A stretch of DNA of 64,000 nucleotides. Origin: an uncultured Oscillospiraceae bacterium. Its GTDB lineage: Bacteria > Bacillota > Clostridia > Oscillospirales > Ruminococcaceae. The translations under genes and the position numbers were made by a program. Below the pieces are notes generated by a model. The model saw only the letters and a program-made list of their open reading frames with translations, made no database searches and was not told where the DNA came from. Position 1 is the first letter of the stretch. The number at the start of each line of letters is the position of its first letter. The stretch lies in the NCBI GenBank assembly GCA_964369915.1, contig CAYJGG010000003.1:1804-65803 (forward strand). Direction: 5' to 3'. Positions 18,801 to 28,479 of this stretch are shown one piece after another.

Positions 18801-19163
18801 TTATTCAACATTTTCTATTGTATCAACGCCAGATATAATAATATTAACTTTTGCAACTGTGATATTAGTCATGTTTTGAACGCTTGATTTAACAGCTTCT
18901 TGAACTAACTTTGCAACAGATTTTACTTTAACACCATAGTCTAACACAAGGTGAATTTTAACATCTGCAACACCTTCTAAAATACTAACTTCAACAGCTT
19001 TTGGAAGATTTGTTTTTGCAAACATTCCCTTAACTCCAAAATTTGCTATTGAAACTCTACTAACGCCTTCAACTTCAAGTGCCGCTAATTTTGCAATTTT
19101 TTCTACAACATTTGCTGAAATATATAAATCGCCTTCCTGCTTTGTGTTTTTATTAATTTCCAT
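18801..19163 (-). CDS. Asp23/Gls24-family alkaline shock protein
   Basis: 120 aa with typical Asp23 features (ISANVVEKIAKLAALEVEGV). Same position as B. subtilis yqhY upstream of nusB. Confidence 0.85.
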   Translation of the reverse strand: MEINKNTKQEGDLYISANVVEKIAKLAALEVEGVSRVSIANFGVKGMFAKTNLPKAVEVSILEGVADVKIHLVLDYGVKVKSVAKLVQEAVKSSVQNMTNITVAKVNIIISGVDTIENVE

Positions 19164-19284
19164 AAAATAATCGTTCCTTTCCGCATACCTTTAAGAATAA
19201 CAATTACTGTTTAAATAATCATTATATTCATAATATACTAGCTTAAAATTGATATTTTAAACTTATTAGTGGTTATTTATGTAT

Positions 19285-19313
19285 ATTATATCATTATTTT
19301 AGAAAATTAACAA
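19285..19313 (-). promoter_or_regulatory. SigmaA-type promoter upstream of asp23-nusB
   Basis: Minus strand: TTGTTA (19308..19313), 17 nt, TGATATAAT with hexamer at 19285..19290. Lies directly after the spoIIIAH stop. Confidence 0.55.
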
Positions 19314-19315
19314 CA

Positions 19316-19915
19316 CTATTTTACTTCAATTACAACAATATTTTGTGCTAAGATGTCAGTTTTAGATAAAACTACATCTCTTACCTTTACAACATCTTGT
19401 GCAGTTAGTGTTCCACTCGTTGGCGCAACAGCTAAAGTTATCTTTTCTCCAGCTATTGTTGCAACACAATCCGTAAAGCCTTTTGCCTTTACCATATTTT
19501 CAATATCCGTTTCAAGAGTCATATCTTGAACAATTTTAGCAAGACTTTCTGTAGCTTGTGTTTTCTCTGAATCTGATAAATTAGCGCTTTTTAATGTTTG
19601 TTCAAGTGTGTCTAGTGCTTCATCTCTTGTTTTTTCTCTAGCGAGTCTTGTTTCTTCAAAATATTTTTCTATATCAGTTTTATTTGTTGCAACTAGTTGT
19701 GCATCTCCATAATTTTCTGCTTCATAATCGTCCATAGTTAAAAGTAAATCACCTTCATTTATTTCAGATACTTCTCCTTGAGTTTCCATTGTTTCAGCTG
19801 TTATATAGTGTCCTTGCGCTCCTTGAGAATACTCCCAATTTAAATAAACTGCCACCATTAATGCAAATGATAAAAGCACTAATGTTAATTTTCTTTGTTT
19901 TGATATTTTTTTCAT
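19316..19915 (-). CDS. spoIIIAH: Stage III sporulation protein AH
   Basis: 199 aa. N-terminal TM anchor, acidic linker, C-terminal YscJ/FliF-like domain. Last gene of the spoIIIA operon. Confidence 0.85.
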   Translation of the reverse strand: MKKISKQRKLTLVLLSFALMVAVYLNWEYSQGAQGHYITAETMETQGEVSEINEGDLLLTMDDYEAENYGDAQLVATNKTDIEKYFEETRLAREKTRDEALDTLEQTLKSANLSDSEKTQATESLAKIVQDMTLETDIENMVKAKGFTDCVATIAGEKITLAVAPTSGTLTAQDVVKVRDVVLSKTDILAQNIVVIEVK

Positions 19916-19931
19916 AAATGTCCCTTTCTTT

Positions 19932-20477
19932 TTATTGCATTTTTATTACACATATTCTATTGCTAGATACATCTAAAGCAACCTGTGCAGCAGAAGTTAT
20001 GTCGCTCACAACTGATATATCATCTGCTCCTTTAGTAACTACAACTACACCTTTTATTTCTGGTTCTATTGTTGTTTGTATTAATGCTGTTTCTTCATCG
20101 TATCCTTCTATTAAAACAAAACTGCTTTCATAGCTCGATTTTGTGGATTCACCATCATAATTTTCATCTTGAGATTTTTCTTCTCTCACATAGATATTTT
20201 CCCATGAAGATTCAAGTGTAATCATAACTTCAACTTCACCTGCCCCCTCTACTAACGATAAAATTTTTTGCAAATCTGTTTCAAGAGTTTTTATATAATT
20301 ATCTAAATCATTTTCATAAGATAAATTTTCGTTTAATGTTAAATCTTCTGTTGTTAAAACAGGACCAAGTGAAATTAAAAATATTCCAATAAAACCTAAA
20401 ACTATAAATACATTTGTTTTACCTTGCTCTAAAAGAGATTTAATAATTTTATTTTCTTTAATTTTATCCATATTCAC
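19932..20477 (-). CDS. spoIIIAG: Stage III sporulation protein AG
   Basis: 181 aa. One TM segment plus the conserved EGAGEVEVMITL ring-building motif region. Operon position. Confidence 0.87.
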   Translation of the reverse strand: MNMDKIKENKIIKSLLEQGKTNVFIVLGFIGIFLISLGPVLTTEDLTLNENLSYENDLDNYIKTLETDLQKILSLVEGAGEVEVMITLESSWENIYVREEKSQDENYDGESTKSSYESSFVLIEGYDEETALIQTTIEPEIKGVVVVTKGADDISVVSDITSAAQVALDVSSNRICVIKMQ

Positions 20478-20925
20478 CTCTAAAAATTATACATTCTTCA
20501 CTTGCAATTTCTTCTAGTAGTTCAATTATCTGTTTATTTTTATTTTCCTCACTTCCATAAATACTAATTTCTTTTATATAAAAACTTTCATTTTCTTTAT
20601 GTATATGCACACTTACATCTTTATAGGATATATTTTTTTCATTTAATATATTTTCAATATCATTTTTTATAATAAGTGCTGCATTTTCTATAATAAAATC
20701 AATATTCTCATTGTTATCAATTTCAATATTTTCAAAATCAAATGTTTCAATTGCTAAGTTTAAATCAAATTTTTGAAATGGTGATAATATATTTAATATT
20801 AAAATTAATCCTAAAACAGTTTGCATTATTTTATAAGTATGTTTAATTTTTATTAAATTAAATAAAAGTCCTATTATATAAATCGCAAGGCATAAACTTC
20901 CTATATTATTATATATATCCTGCAT
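20464..20925 (-). CDS. spoIIIAF: Stage III sporulation protein AF
   Basis: 153 aa with two N-terminal TM segments. Operon position between AE and AG. Overlaps AG by 14 nt. Confidence 0.75.
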   Translation of the reverse strand: MQDIYNNIGSLCLAIYIIGLLFNLIKIKHTYKIMQTVLGLILILNILSPFQKFDLNLAIETFDFENIEIDNNENIDFIIENAALIIKNDIENILNEKNISYKDVSVHIHKENESFYIKEISIYGSEENKNKQIIELLEEIASEECIIFRGEYG

Positions 20926-21978
20926 TTAAACTCCCCCAGTCAAACTTATCATTATCGTTGTTGAAAAAATAAGTAGGACTAAAAATAAGATAATTAAAGA
21001 TATAATTAGTTCAATTAAATTTTTATATCCTGATAAAAGTTTTACAACTACATTTGTGTTTAAAACATCAGCTATAATAATTAAAATATTAAAAACAATC
21101 CAATAAATTAAAACTAAAACTAAAGATGGCAAAAATATAACTGCAACAGCACTAATTCCGGCAAGCCCTGCAAACCCTTTAACAACTTCCATACTAGAAT
21201 AAACACTTCCAACTGCATCTTGTAAAGCACCACCTATAACAGGAATAACACCTGTTACTCCTTCTCCTATCTTTAAAGCTAAATTATCTTGACTTTGAGT
21301 TATTGTTGTTTGCAAAGTTAGGCTAAAGCAAATAAAACTAACTATTGCTTTTAAAACCCATTTAATAAGTTTTAAATAAAATTCTAAAAAAGAATCTAAT
21401 CTTATTTCATCAACAGCACTACTAGTTAAATTAACAGCTAAAAAAACATTAAAACTTGGTATTATTATATTTACACATAAGTTTGATACAAATAATAAAC
21501 CTGTTAAAAAAATGCCCGTGTATAAAGTGGATGTTAAAAATTCTCCGCTAGCTGCTGATATACCTGCAAAAATTGGTATAAATGTAGTCATAAAGCTATT
21601 TATATCAAATAGATTTTCAGTTATTATTTTTATTACCTTCGCTAAACTAGGCATTAATATTAAAAACACACTTATAACTGTTATTTTATCTATTGTTTGT
21701 CCAATATCTTCAAAATCTTTTGTTTGAAAAAATTTTAATACACTTGAAATTAATATAACAACCATAGTTTTAAATAATAATTCTAATGGCTCTTTTATTT
21801 TTTCATCTAATTCTCTATTTATAAAATTTATTATACCATCAAAAGATAAATCTAATTCATTTGAATATTCTTTAGTTATTTCATTTATTTCTTGAGTATA
21901 TATATCGCTTGTTGCATATGTTTTTATTGGAAAAGTAAAGAACATTATCACAATTATTAAAATTATTAATCTCTTCAT
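20926..21978 (-). CDS. spoIIIAE: Stage III sporulation protein AE
   Basis: 350 aa. Signal peptide followed by a polytopic membrane domain. Operon position. Confidence 0.87.
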   Translation of the reverse strand: MKRLIILIIVIMFFTFPIKTYATSDIYTQEINEITKEYSNELDLSFDGIINFINRELDEKIKEPLELLFKTMVVILISSVLKFFQTKDFEDIGQTIDKITVISVFLILMPSLAKVIKIITENLFDINSFMTTFIPIFAGISAASGEFLTSTLYTGIFLTGLLFVSNLCVNIIIPSFNVFLAVNLTSSAVDEIRLDSFLEFYLKLIKWVLKAIVSFICFSLTLQTTITQSQDNLALKIGEGVTGVIPVIGGALQDAVGSVYSSMEVVKGFAGLAGISAVAVIFLPSLVLVLIYWIVFNILIIIADVLNTNVVVKLLSGYKNLIELIISLIILFLVLLIFSTTIMISLTGGV

Positions 21979-22355
21979 TACACAAGCCCTCTAATAATAT
22001 TAATAACTTCTAAAAATATAGGCATTGCAGTTATGATTATTGCTATTCTTCCTGCAAAAATCATTTGATTTGAAAGAGCTTTATTGTTATTATCAAGACA
22101 AATATCAGAAATAAACTGCGTAACTAACCCTATCCCAACAGTTTTAAAAATTATGTCTACTCCTAAAAAATCTAAACTTTCTATATTATATTTTATTTCA
22201 TCTATAACTGGAGTAATATAACTTATTATGTATACTAAAACTAAAACACTACAAGAAATGGTTATTAAACTTTGAATATTTTTATTGAAAAGTGGTAAAG
22301 AAGAAACTAAGGCTACCACAATTAAAACTAAAGCTGAAATTTTTAATATATCCAT
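21978..22355 (-). CDS. spoIIIAD: Stage III sporulation protein AD
   Basis: 125-aa four-TM protein. Operon position. 1-nt overlap with AE. Confidence 0.85.
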   Translation of the reverse strand: MDILKISALVLIVVALVSSLPLFNKNIQSLITISCSVLVLVYIISYITPVIDEIKYNIESLDFLGVDIIFKTVGIGLVTQFISDICLDNNNKALSNQMIFAGRIAIIITAMPIFLEVINIIRGLV

Positions 22356-22357
22356 AT

Positions 22358-22552
22358 TTAAAATCCAAAGAGATATTTTATTGTTTCAAAAAGCTCTTGA
22401 ACCTGAGTTATCACCATTGTTAAAACAACAATTAACCCCATTAAAGTTGTGAGCATTGCCTGTTCTTCTCGTCCACTTCTAACTAAAACTTGATTTAAAA
22501 CAGACACGATTATTCCAATAGCAGCAATTTGAAATATTAAATCCACTTCCAT
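22358..22552 (-). CDS. spoIIIAC: Stage III sporulation protein AC
   Basis: 64-aa two-TM hairpin with the conserved SGREEQA loop. Confidence 0.87.
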   Translation of the reverse strand: MEVDLIFQIAAIGIIVSVLNQVLVRSGREEQAMLTTLMGLIVVLTMVITQVQELFETIKYLFGF

Positions 22553-22574
22553 AATTTATTTCACTTCCTTTGCT

Positions 22575-23045
22575 TTAAATTATAATTATTGAAATTATTA
22601 GTCCAATAGAAATTCCTATCGCAGAATTTACCCTTTTTTCTTCTTTATATGCTTTTTCGCATTTAATGATATAATACTCAACTAATTTTAAACTAGAATT
22701 AATAAATTCTTTTTCATTTTCTTTATCGTATTTACCTATTCGATTAAGAAAATTATCTAAAATTTTTATATATTTAGTTTCTAAAAGTTTATTTTTATAT
22801 TTTAAAATCAAAAATTCTTCTTTTTTATTAAATTTAAACTTTTTAAAATATTCTGTTTTACTAAGATCCATTTCATTAAAAATCTTTATATATGTATAGT
22901 CTAAATTTTGAGTTATTTGAATTTGCGTTAAAATGTATTTAATATCTTCTAAAAATTTCAAAGAATAATAATTAGAAAAATCTTTTCGCATAAATAATAT
23001 TACACATGAAAATATAATTAAAAAAACTCCTATAATTTTAAACAT
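22575..23045 (-). CDS. spoIIIAB: Stage III sporulation protein AB
   Basis: 156 aa. N- and C-terminal TM segments flanking a helical cytoplasmic domain. Operon position. Confidence 0.78.
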   Translation of the reverse strand: MFKIIGVFLIIFSCVILFMRKDFSNYYSLKFLEDIKYILTQIQITQNLDYTYIKIFNEMDLSKTEYFKKFKFNKKEEFLILKYKNKLLETKYIKILDNFLNRIGKYDKENEKEFINSSLKLVEYYIIKCEKAYKEEKRVNSAIGISIGLIISIIII

Positions 23046-23865
23046 TTATTATCTCCTTTATTTTATATTCCTTATTATCTAAAATAACTATTTTATCAAA
23101 AACACCACTTTTAAAAAGTGCACTTATATTTGGTTTTCTTTTTAAATCAAATAAAGAATCTGCATGAATTGCACATATAAATCTAACTCCTGTATTAACG
23201 CTTGAAAGAATAGCTTTTGTTTCGCTTTCATCTCCGATTTCATCGCAAATTATAATTTGTGGATTTAGTGTTCTAGTTGCCATTTCTATCGCTACCGATT
23301 TTTTCACTCTTTTTATACTATCAAAGCTTTCATTTTCATTTATTAACTCTTCTCTTTCATCACACACGCATATATTATTTTCTTTTGATAACTCTTTTAT
23401 TATTGATTTTAAAATGGTGGTTTTTCCTGTGTGTGGAGCTCCTGAAATTAGTAAACCTTTTTTAAAATCTAAAATTTCTTTATTAAATTCAAAACTTGCA
23501 TTATAATTTATTCTTATATTCAATGAAGTTAATTCTTTTAAAATCAGTTTATTATTATATGTATTAAATACCCCAGCAATCCCAACTCTATTTCCTTCTT
23601 TTAAGGTTATAAATCCTTTAGAAATCTCTTTTTCATATGCATTTATTGAAAATTCACACATAGAGTAAAATATATTATTTAGTATTTCCTTTGTAATTAT
23701 ATAGTTTTTCATTTTTATATTTTGTTTATTTATGTTGAAGATAATTTCCTGATTTAATCGAAGCCTAATTTCTGTCGGCTTGTCTTTTAATAAATTAGCT
23801 TTTAATATTTCGTTAATAGTTTTTTTATCAAAATAAGATAGTATATCTTCTAATTTTTTATCCAT
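23038..23865 (-). CDS. spoIIIAA: Stage III sporulation protein AA (secretion-type ATPase)
   Basis: 275 aa. Walker A GAPHTGKTT and Walker B-like IIICDEIG. First gene of the operon. Confidence 0.88.
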   Translation of the reverse strand: MDKKLEDILSYFDKKTINEILKANLLKDKPTEIRLRLNQEIIFNINKQNIKMKNYIITKEILNNIFYSMCEFSINAYEKEISKGFITLKEGNRVGIAGVFNTYNNKLILKELTSLNIRINYNASFEFNKEILDFKKGLLISGAPHTGKTTILKSIIKELSKENNICVCDEREELINENESFDSIKRVKKSVAIEMATRTLNPQIIICDEIGDESETKAILSSVNTGVRFICAIHADSLFDLKRKPNISALFKSGVFDKIVILDNKEYKIKEIINV

Positions 23866-23914
23866 TTATTTCACTTCCTTTTAAAATATAATATGCAGAC
23901 AAACTATTTTTAAG

Positions 23915-23952
23915 AACAAAAAAACGCATATTAGCTTTATGCTAATATACGT
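23915..23952 (-). terminator. Intrinsic terminator after the YgjP-like gene, upstream of spoIIIAA
   Basis: Minus-strand RNA: ACGUAUAUUAGC-loop-GCUAAUAUGCGU (12 bp including one G-U) followed by UUUUUUUGUUC. Confidence 0.7.
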
Positions 23953-23954
23953 TT

Positions 23955-24659
23955 TTATTTATTTAGTATTTTTCTAATTATTTTATAATTTGGAGAAAAT
24001 ATTGATAAAAAATTATAAAATTCTTTAGAATGATTTAAATGCTTATAATGACAAAATTCATGTATTACAACATATTCAATACATTCATAACTTTTTTTAA
24101 TTAAATTAATATTTAATGTTATTATATTTTTATAAGGAGCACAACTTCCCCATTTCGCCTTTAAATCCCGAAAAACAATTTCTGGAAACGGAATATTATA
24201 CTCTATAAATCTTGGGTGCACATCTTTTACTATTTCAGTTAGTATTTCTTTTGCCTTTTCTTTATAAAAGTTTTTAATTAACGTTTGTTTTCTTTTGAAA
24301 TTATTTTTATCTTTTACAATTAAATATAAAATATTATCTTTTATAAAAACTTCTTCTTTACTATATTCTAAAACTTCTAAAATCAATTTATCGCCTAAAA
24401 AATAATAAACTTCTCCATTTATATATTCTAATTCTTTTGGAGTTTCTATTTTATCAAATTTATTAAAAGCATCCAAAATAAAATCAAATTTTTCTAAAAC
24501 GAAATCATCTATATATTTTTTACTATTTCCCCTGCTTGCAGAAACTTTAACAATTTTATCTTTATTAATTCTTAAATTAATATTCTTAACTTTTTTTGTT
24601 TCTAAAATATATTCAATTTCAATATTATTTTTTCTAACAATTCTTTTTTCAATCTTCAT
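23955..24659 (-). CDS. YgjP-like zinc metallopeptidase/hydrolase (DUF45, M48 superfamily)
   Basis: 234 aa. C-terminal HEFCH...NHSKEFY motif typical of DUF45/YgjP proteins. Confidence 0.8.
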   Translation of the reverse strand: MKIEKRIVRKNNIEIEYILETKKVKNINLRINKDKIVKVSASRGNSKKYIDDFVLEKFDFILDAFNKFDKIETPKELEYINGEVYYFLGDKLILEVLEYSKEEVFIKDNILYLIVKDKNNFKRKQTLIKNFYKEKAKEILTEIVKDVHPRFIEYNIPFPEIVFRDLKAKWGSCAPYKNIITLNINLIKKSYECIEYVVIHEFCHYKHLNHSKEFYNFLSIFSPNYKIIRKILNK

Positions 24660-24673
24660 ATTTACCTAAAATT

Positions 24674-24698
24674 AAACAGCCGAAAAAATCGGCTGTTT
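24674..24698 (-). terminator. Intrinsic terminator after purB
   Basis: AAACAGCCGA-UUUU-UCGGCUGUUU hairpin followed by AAUUUUAGG on the minus strand. A-run upstream, so potentially bidirectional. Confidence 0.7.
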
Positions 24699-24708
24699 AT
24701 ATATTTTT

Positions 24709-26142
24709 TTAAACTTTAATATCTGCTTTAATACCAATAATATCTTTATTCTCATCTAAAATTGGATTAACAACGTCTCTTAAAAAACTCTCAACTTGCT
24801 CTTTACTTCTACCAACATATTTTTCTGGCTGTAAAAATGCATTTAATTCTTCTAAAGTAAATCCAAAAGATTCATCTTGAGAAATCAATTCTAAAAGATT
24901 ATTTTCAAGACCTAAAGCTTTAACATTATGGCTTGCTTTCATTGATAATTCTCTGATTTTTTCGTGTAATTCTTGACGGTCGCCACCTCTTTTAACTGCG
25001 TCCATCATAATATTTTCAGTTACCATAAATGGAAGTTCGCTCATTAATCTTTTTAGTATAACTTTTTCATAAACAACTAATCCATCACAAACATTTAAAC
25101 ATAAATCTAAAATGCCATCAGTTGCTAAAAATGCCTCTGGAATAGATAAGCGTTTATTAGCTGAATCATCTAAAGTTCTTTCAAACCATTGAGTTGCAGT
25201 TGTCATAATTGGGTTTAAAGCATCAATCATAACAAAACGGCTTAATGCTGCTATTCTTTCACTTCTCATTGGATTTCTTTTATAAGCCATAGCCGATGAT
25301 CCGATTTGATTTTTTTCAAATGGTTCTTCTATTTCTTTTAAATGCTGTAATAGTCTAATATCATTACTCATTTTATGAGCAGTTGCTGCTATTCCTGAAA
25401 GGATATTCGCAACTTTTGCATCAATTTTTCTTGAATAAGTTTGTCCTGAAACTGGATAGCAATCACTAAAGCCCATTTTTTTAGCAATCATTGGATCAAT
25501 TTTTTCGATTAAATCGTGGTTGCCATCAAATAATTCTAAAAATGATGCTTGAGTGCCTGTTGTTCCTTTTGAGCCTAGCAGTTTTATCGTTGATAACATA
25601 TAATCTATATCTTCTAAATCAAGGCAGAATTCTTGTAGCCATAACGCTGCACGTTTACCAACTGTTGTCGGTTGTGCTGGCTGAAAATGAGTGAATGCAA
25701 GGCTTGGCATTGCTTTATATTCATCTGCAAACTTTGCTAAAACGCTCATAACATTTATAACTTTAATTCTAACTAATTCTAATGCTTCTTTCATTAAAAT
25801 AATATCAGTGTTATCACCAACATAGCAAGAAGTTGCACCTAAATGGATAATCCCTTTAGCAGATGGACATTGCTCACCATAAGCAAATACATGGCTCATA
25901 ACATCGTGTCTTACTTCTTTTTCTCTTTTAACGGCAACATCAAAATTTATATCATCTTGAAATTCTTTTAATTCGTTAATTTGCTCATCAGTTATTGGTA
26001 GACCTAGTTCTTTTTCAACTTCTGCAAGAGCAATCCATAATTTTCTCCAAGTTTTAAATTTCTTTTCTGGTGAAAAAATATATTGCATTTCAGCGCTTGC
26101 ATATCTTTGGGAAAGTGGGCTTACATATTTATCGTTTGACAT
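24709..26142 (-). CDS. purB: Adenylosuccinate lyase
   Basis: 477 aa. Fumarate-lyase superfamily signature GSSAMAYKRNP. Confidence 0.95.
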   Translation of the reverse strand: MSNDKYVSPLSQRYASAEMQYIFSPEKKFKTWRKLWIALAEVEKELGLPITDEQINELKEFQDDINFDVAVKREKEVRHDVMSHVFAYGEQCPSAKGIIHLGATSCYVGDNTDIILMKEALELVRIKVINVMSVLAKFADEYKAMPSLAFTHFQPAQPTTVGKRAALWLQEFCLDLEDIDYMLSTIKLLGSKGTTGTQASFLELFDGNHDLIEKIDPMIAKKMGFSDCYPVSGQTYSRKIDAKVANILSGIAATAHKMSNDIRLLQHLKEIEEPFEKNQIGSSAMAYKRNPMRSERIAALSRFVMIDALNPIMTTATQWFERTLDDSANKRLSIPEAFLATDGILDLCLNVCDGLVVYEKVILKRLMSELPFMVTENIMMDAVKRGGDRQELHEKIRELSMKASHNVKALGLENNLLELISQDESFGFTLEELNAFLQPEKYVGRSKEQVESFLRDVVNPILDENKDIIGIKADIKV

Positions 26143-26163
26143 TTATTTTGCTCCTATATAAAA

Positions 26164-27609
26164 TTATTCGTCGAATTCGCCTCTAATATCATCTTGTGGT
26201 GGCTCTATTGGATATTTACCATCAAAACAGCCTTTACAAATCGAAACTGTCGGCACTAATTCTTGTAATCTATCAATTTTTAAAAATGCTAATGTATCTG
26301 CGCCTATTTTTTGTCTAATTTCTTCAACTGAATGATTATAAGCTACTAATTGATCTCTTGAAGGAATATCTGTTCCAAAATAGCATGGCCACAAAAATTC
26401 TGGAGCACTAGAACGCATATGCACTTCTTTTGCACCTGCTTTTCTTAATGAGTCAACTATTTTAGCACTAGTTGTTCCTCTAACAATAGAATCATCAACT
26501 AAAATAACTCTTTTATCTTTTACAACTTCTTTTAAAACATTTAGTTTCATTTTAACGCTGTCTTGTCTATTTTTTTGTTTTGGCTTTATAAAAGTTCTAC
26601 CAATATAGCTGTTTTTAACAAAAGCAACACTATAAGGAATTCCTGTTTCCAAAGCATATCCCATAGCAGCACCGTTTCCAGATTCAGGAACACCAACTAC
26701 TATATCTGCATCAACAAAAGAATCTTTAGCTAAAAATTTTCCTGCTCTAATTCTTGAATTATAAACACTTTCGCCATCGATATAAGCATCAGGGCGGGCA
26801 AAATATATATACTCAAAAATACATACAGCTTGCTTTTCTTTTGGAATACAGTTTGATTTATCAGAGTGAATTTTCCCTTTTGAGTCTATAACAACTATTT
26901 CTCCAGGCTCAACATCTCTAATAAATTCAGCGCCGATAGTGTCTAGTGCGCAACTTTCTGAAACTATAAAAAATGTATCATCACGTTTTCCAATACAAAG
27001 CGGTTTAAATCCGTGTGGATCTCTTACACCGATTAGTTTTCTAGGTGATTTAATAACTAAAGAATAAGCTCCTTTAATTTTTTTCATAGTTTTACTAACA
27101 GCTTCTTCAACAGTTGCTGAATTAACTCTTTCTCTTGCAATAACATATACAATAAGTTCAGAATCAATAGTAGTTTGGAATATTGCACCACTTAATGCTA
27201 ATTCTTCTCTTAATTCTTTAGTATTAACTAAATTTCCATTGTGGGCAAATGCTAATGTGCCTTTAATATAATTAATAGCTAAAGGTTGTGCATTTTCAAT
27301 AGTTGAACTTCCAGCTGTTGAATATCTAACATGTCCAACGCCTAAATTTCCTTTTAATGTAGCTAAATTCGTTTCATTAAAAACTTCATTAACCAGCCCC
27401 ATATTTTTTATAGTGCTAACTTTACATTTTGAAATATTAGTATCGGTAACACTAATTCCAGCACTTTCTTGACCTCTGTGCTGCATAGTTAATAAGCTAT
27501 AATAAATGTCTGCTGCAACATCTGATCCTTTTATATCATACGCTGCTGCAACGGCACATTCTTCGCTTAATTTATCATCATTTATTTCTATTTGCATTAA
27601 ATTGTTCAT
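26164..27609 (-). CDS. purF: Amidophosphoribosyltransferase (Fe-S type)
   Basis: 481 aa. Ntn Cys after a short propeptide (EECAV), PRPP-binding motif VILVDDSIVRGTT, C-terminal CxxC (CKGC). Confidence 0.95.
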   Translation of the reverse strand: MNNLMQIEINDDKLSEECAVAAAYDIKGSDVAADIYYSLLTMQHRGQESAGISVTDTNISKCKVSTIKNMGLVNEVFNETNLATLKGNLGVGHVRYSTAGSSTIENAQPLAINYIKGTLAFAHNGNLVNTKELREELALSGAIFQTTIDSELIVYVIARERVNSATVEEAVSKTMKKIKGAYSLVIKSPRKLIGVRDPHGFKPLCIGKRDDTFFIVSESCALDTIGAEFIRDVEPGEIVVIDSKGKIHSDKSNCIPKEKQAVCIFEYIYFARPDAYIDGESVYNSRIRAGKFLAKDSFVDADIVVGVPESGNGAAMGYALETGIPYSVAFVKNSYIGRTFIKPKQKNRQDSVKMKLNVLKEVVKDKRVILVDDSIVRGTTSAKIVDSLRKAGAKEVHMRSSAPEFLWPCYFGTDIPSRDQLVAYNHSVEEIRQKIGADTLAFLKIDRLQELVPTVSICKGCFDGKYPIEPPQDDIRGEFDE

Positions 27610-28319
27610 TATTTTGTCAGCCCCAAACGTGATAATACTTCATTATAAGCACCTTCAACATTGCCTAAATCTCTTCTAAAACGGTCTTTATCCATTTTTT
27701 CATTAGTGTTTACATCCCATAAACGACAAGTGTCAGGGCTTGTTTCGTCTGCTAAAATGATTTTGCCATGAAATCTTCCAAATTCAATTTTAAAATCTAT
27801 AAGTTTTAAATCAGCTTGTAAAAAATATGCTTTTAAAACATCATTTACTTTAAATGCATAATTTTTAATAATCTCAATTTCTTCCCAAGTTGCAAGCTCT
27901 AAAGCAACTGCGAAGTGATCGTTTATTAATGGATCGCCTAAGTCATCGTTTTTATATGAAAATTCAACAGTTGGAGTTTTAAATTCAATTCCTTCTTCAA
28001 CTCCTAATCTTTTTGAAAAACTACCAGCTGAAACATTACGAATAATAACTTCAAGTGGCACAATTTCAACTCTTTTAACAGCTGTTTCTCTGTCGCTTAA
28101 CTCTTTAACTAAATGAGTTGGAACTCCAGCTTCCTCAATTTTTGCAAAAGCATGGTTTGTGATTCTATTATTTATAACACCTTTACCAATAATAGTTCCC
28201 TTTTTTTCTCCGTTAAATGCAGTAGCATCATCTTTATAAGACACTATTACAACATCAGGATCTTCTGTTGCATAAACCTTCTTTGCTTTGCCTTCGTAAA
28301 TCATTTCTAATTTTTCCAT
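27609..28319 (-). CDS. purC: SAICAR synthetase
   Basis: 236 aa. Typical N-terminus ([13 protein letters not shown]) and SPDTCRLWD motif. 1-nt overlap with purF. Confidence 0.95.
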   Translation of the reverse strand: MEKLEMIYEGKAKKVYATEDPDVVIVSYKDDATAFNGEKKGTIIGKGVINNRITNHAFAKIEEAGVPTHLVKELSDRETAVKRVEIVPLEVIIRNVSAGSFSKRLGVEEGIEFKTPTVEFSYKNDDLGDPLINDHFAVALELATWEEIEIIKNYAFKVNDVLKAYFLQADLKLIDFKIEFGRFHGKIILADETSPDTCRLWDVNTNEKMDKDRFRRDLGNVEGAYNEVLSRLGLTK

Positions 28320-28400
28320 AATTTAAACGTCCCTTTCTTATTTAAAACTTAATTTTAAGCTGATTTTTAATATAAAATTATTTTAAGTAATAACATTTTG

Positions 28401-28429
28401 ATTATAAAATAAACCGCTTTATAAATCAA
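28401..28429 (-). promoter_or_regulatory. SigmaA-type promoter of purC-purF-purB
   Basis: Minus strand: TTGATT (28424..28429), 17 nt, TATAAT (28401..28406). The resulting leader of about 75 nt has no riboswitch-like structure. Confidence 0.5.
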
Positions 28430-28479
28430 CAAGATAAATACTTTTTTTCTATTTTATATAAAGTAGCTTAAAAAAATCA

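Noticed and set aside
23866-23921. GCATATT / CATATTAT upstream of spoIIIAA as a sigmaE promoter element
   Set aside because: As a -35, it leaves no room for a -10 before the SD. As a -10, it matches only partially and has no ATA-type -35 at 16-18 nt. I do not consider it callable.
28320-28479. Looked for a purine riboswitch or PurR box upstream of purC
   Set aside because: The leader lacks the conserved purine-riboswitch junction sequences (there is no UAUAAUC...GGGAUAUGG...CCGUAAAU...GACUA-like core), and I see no convincing PurBox pair.
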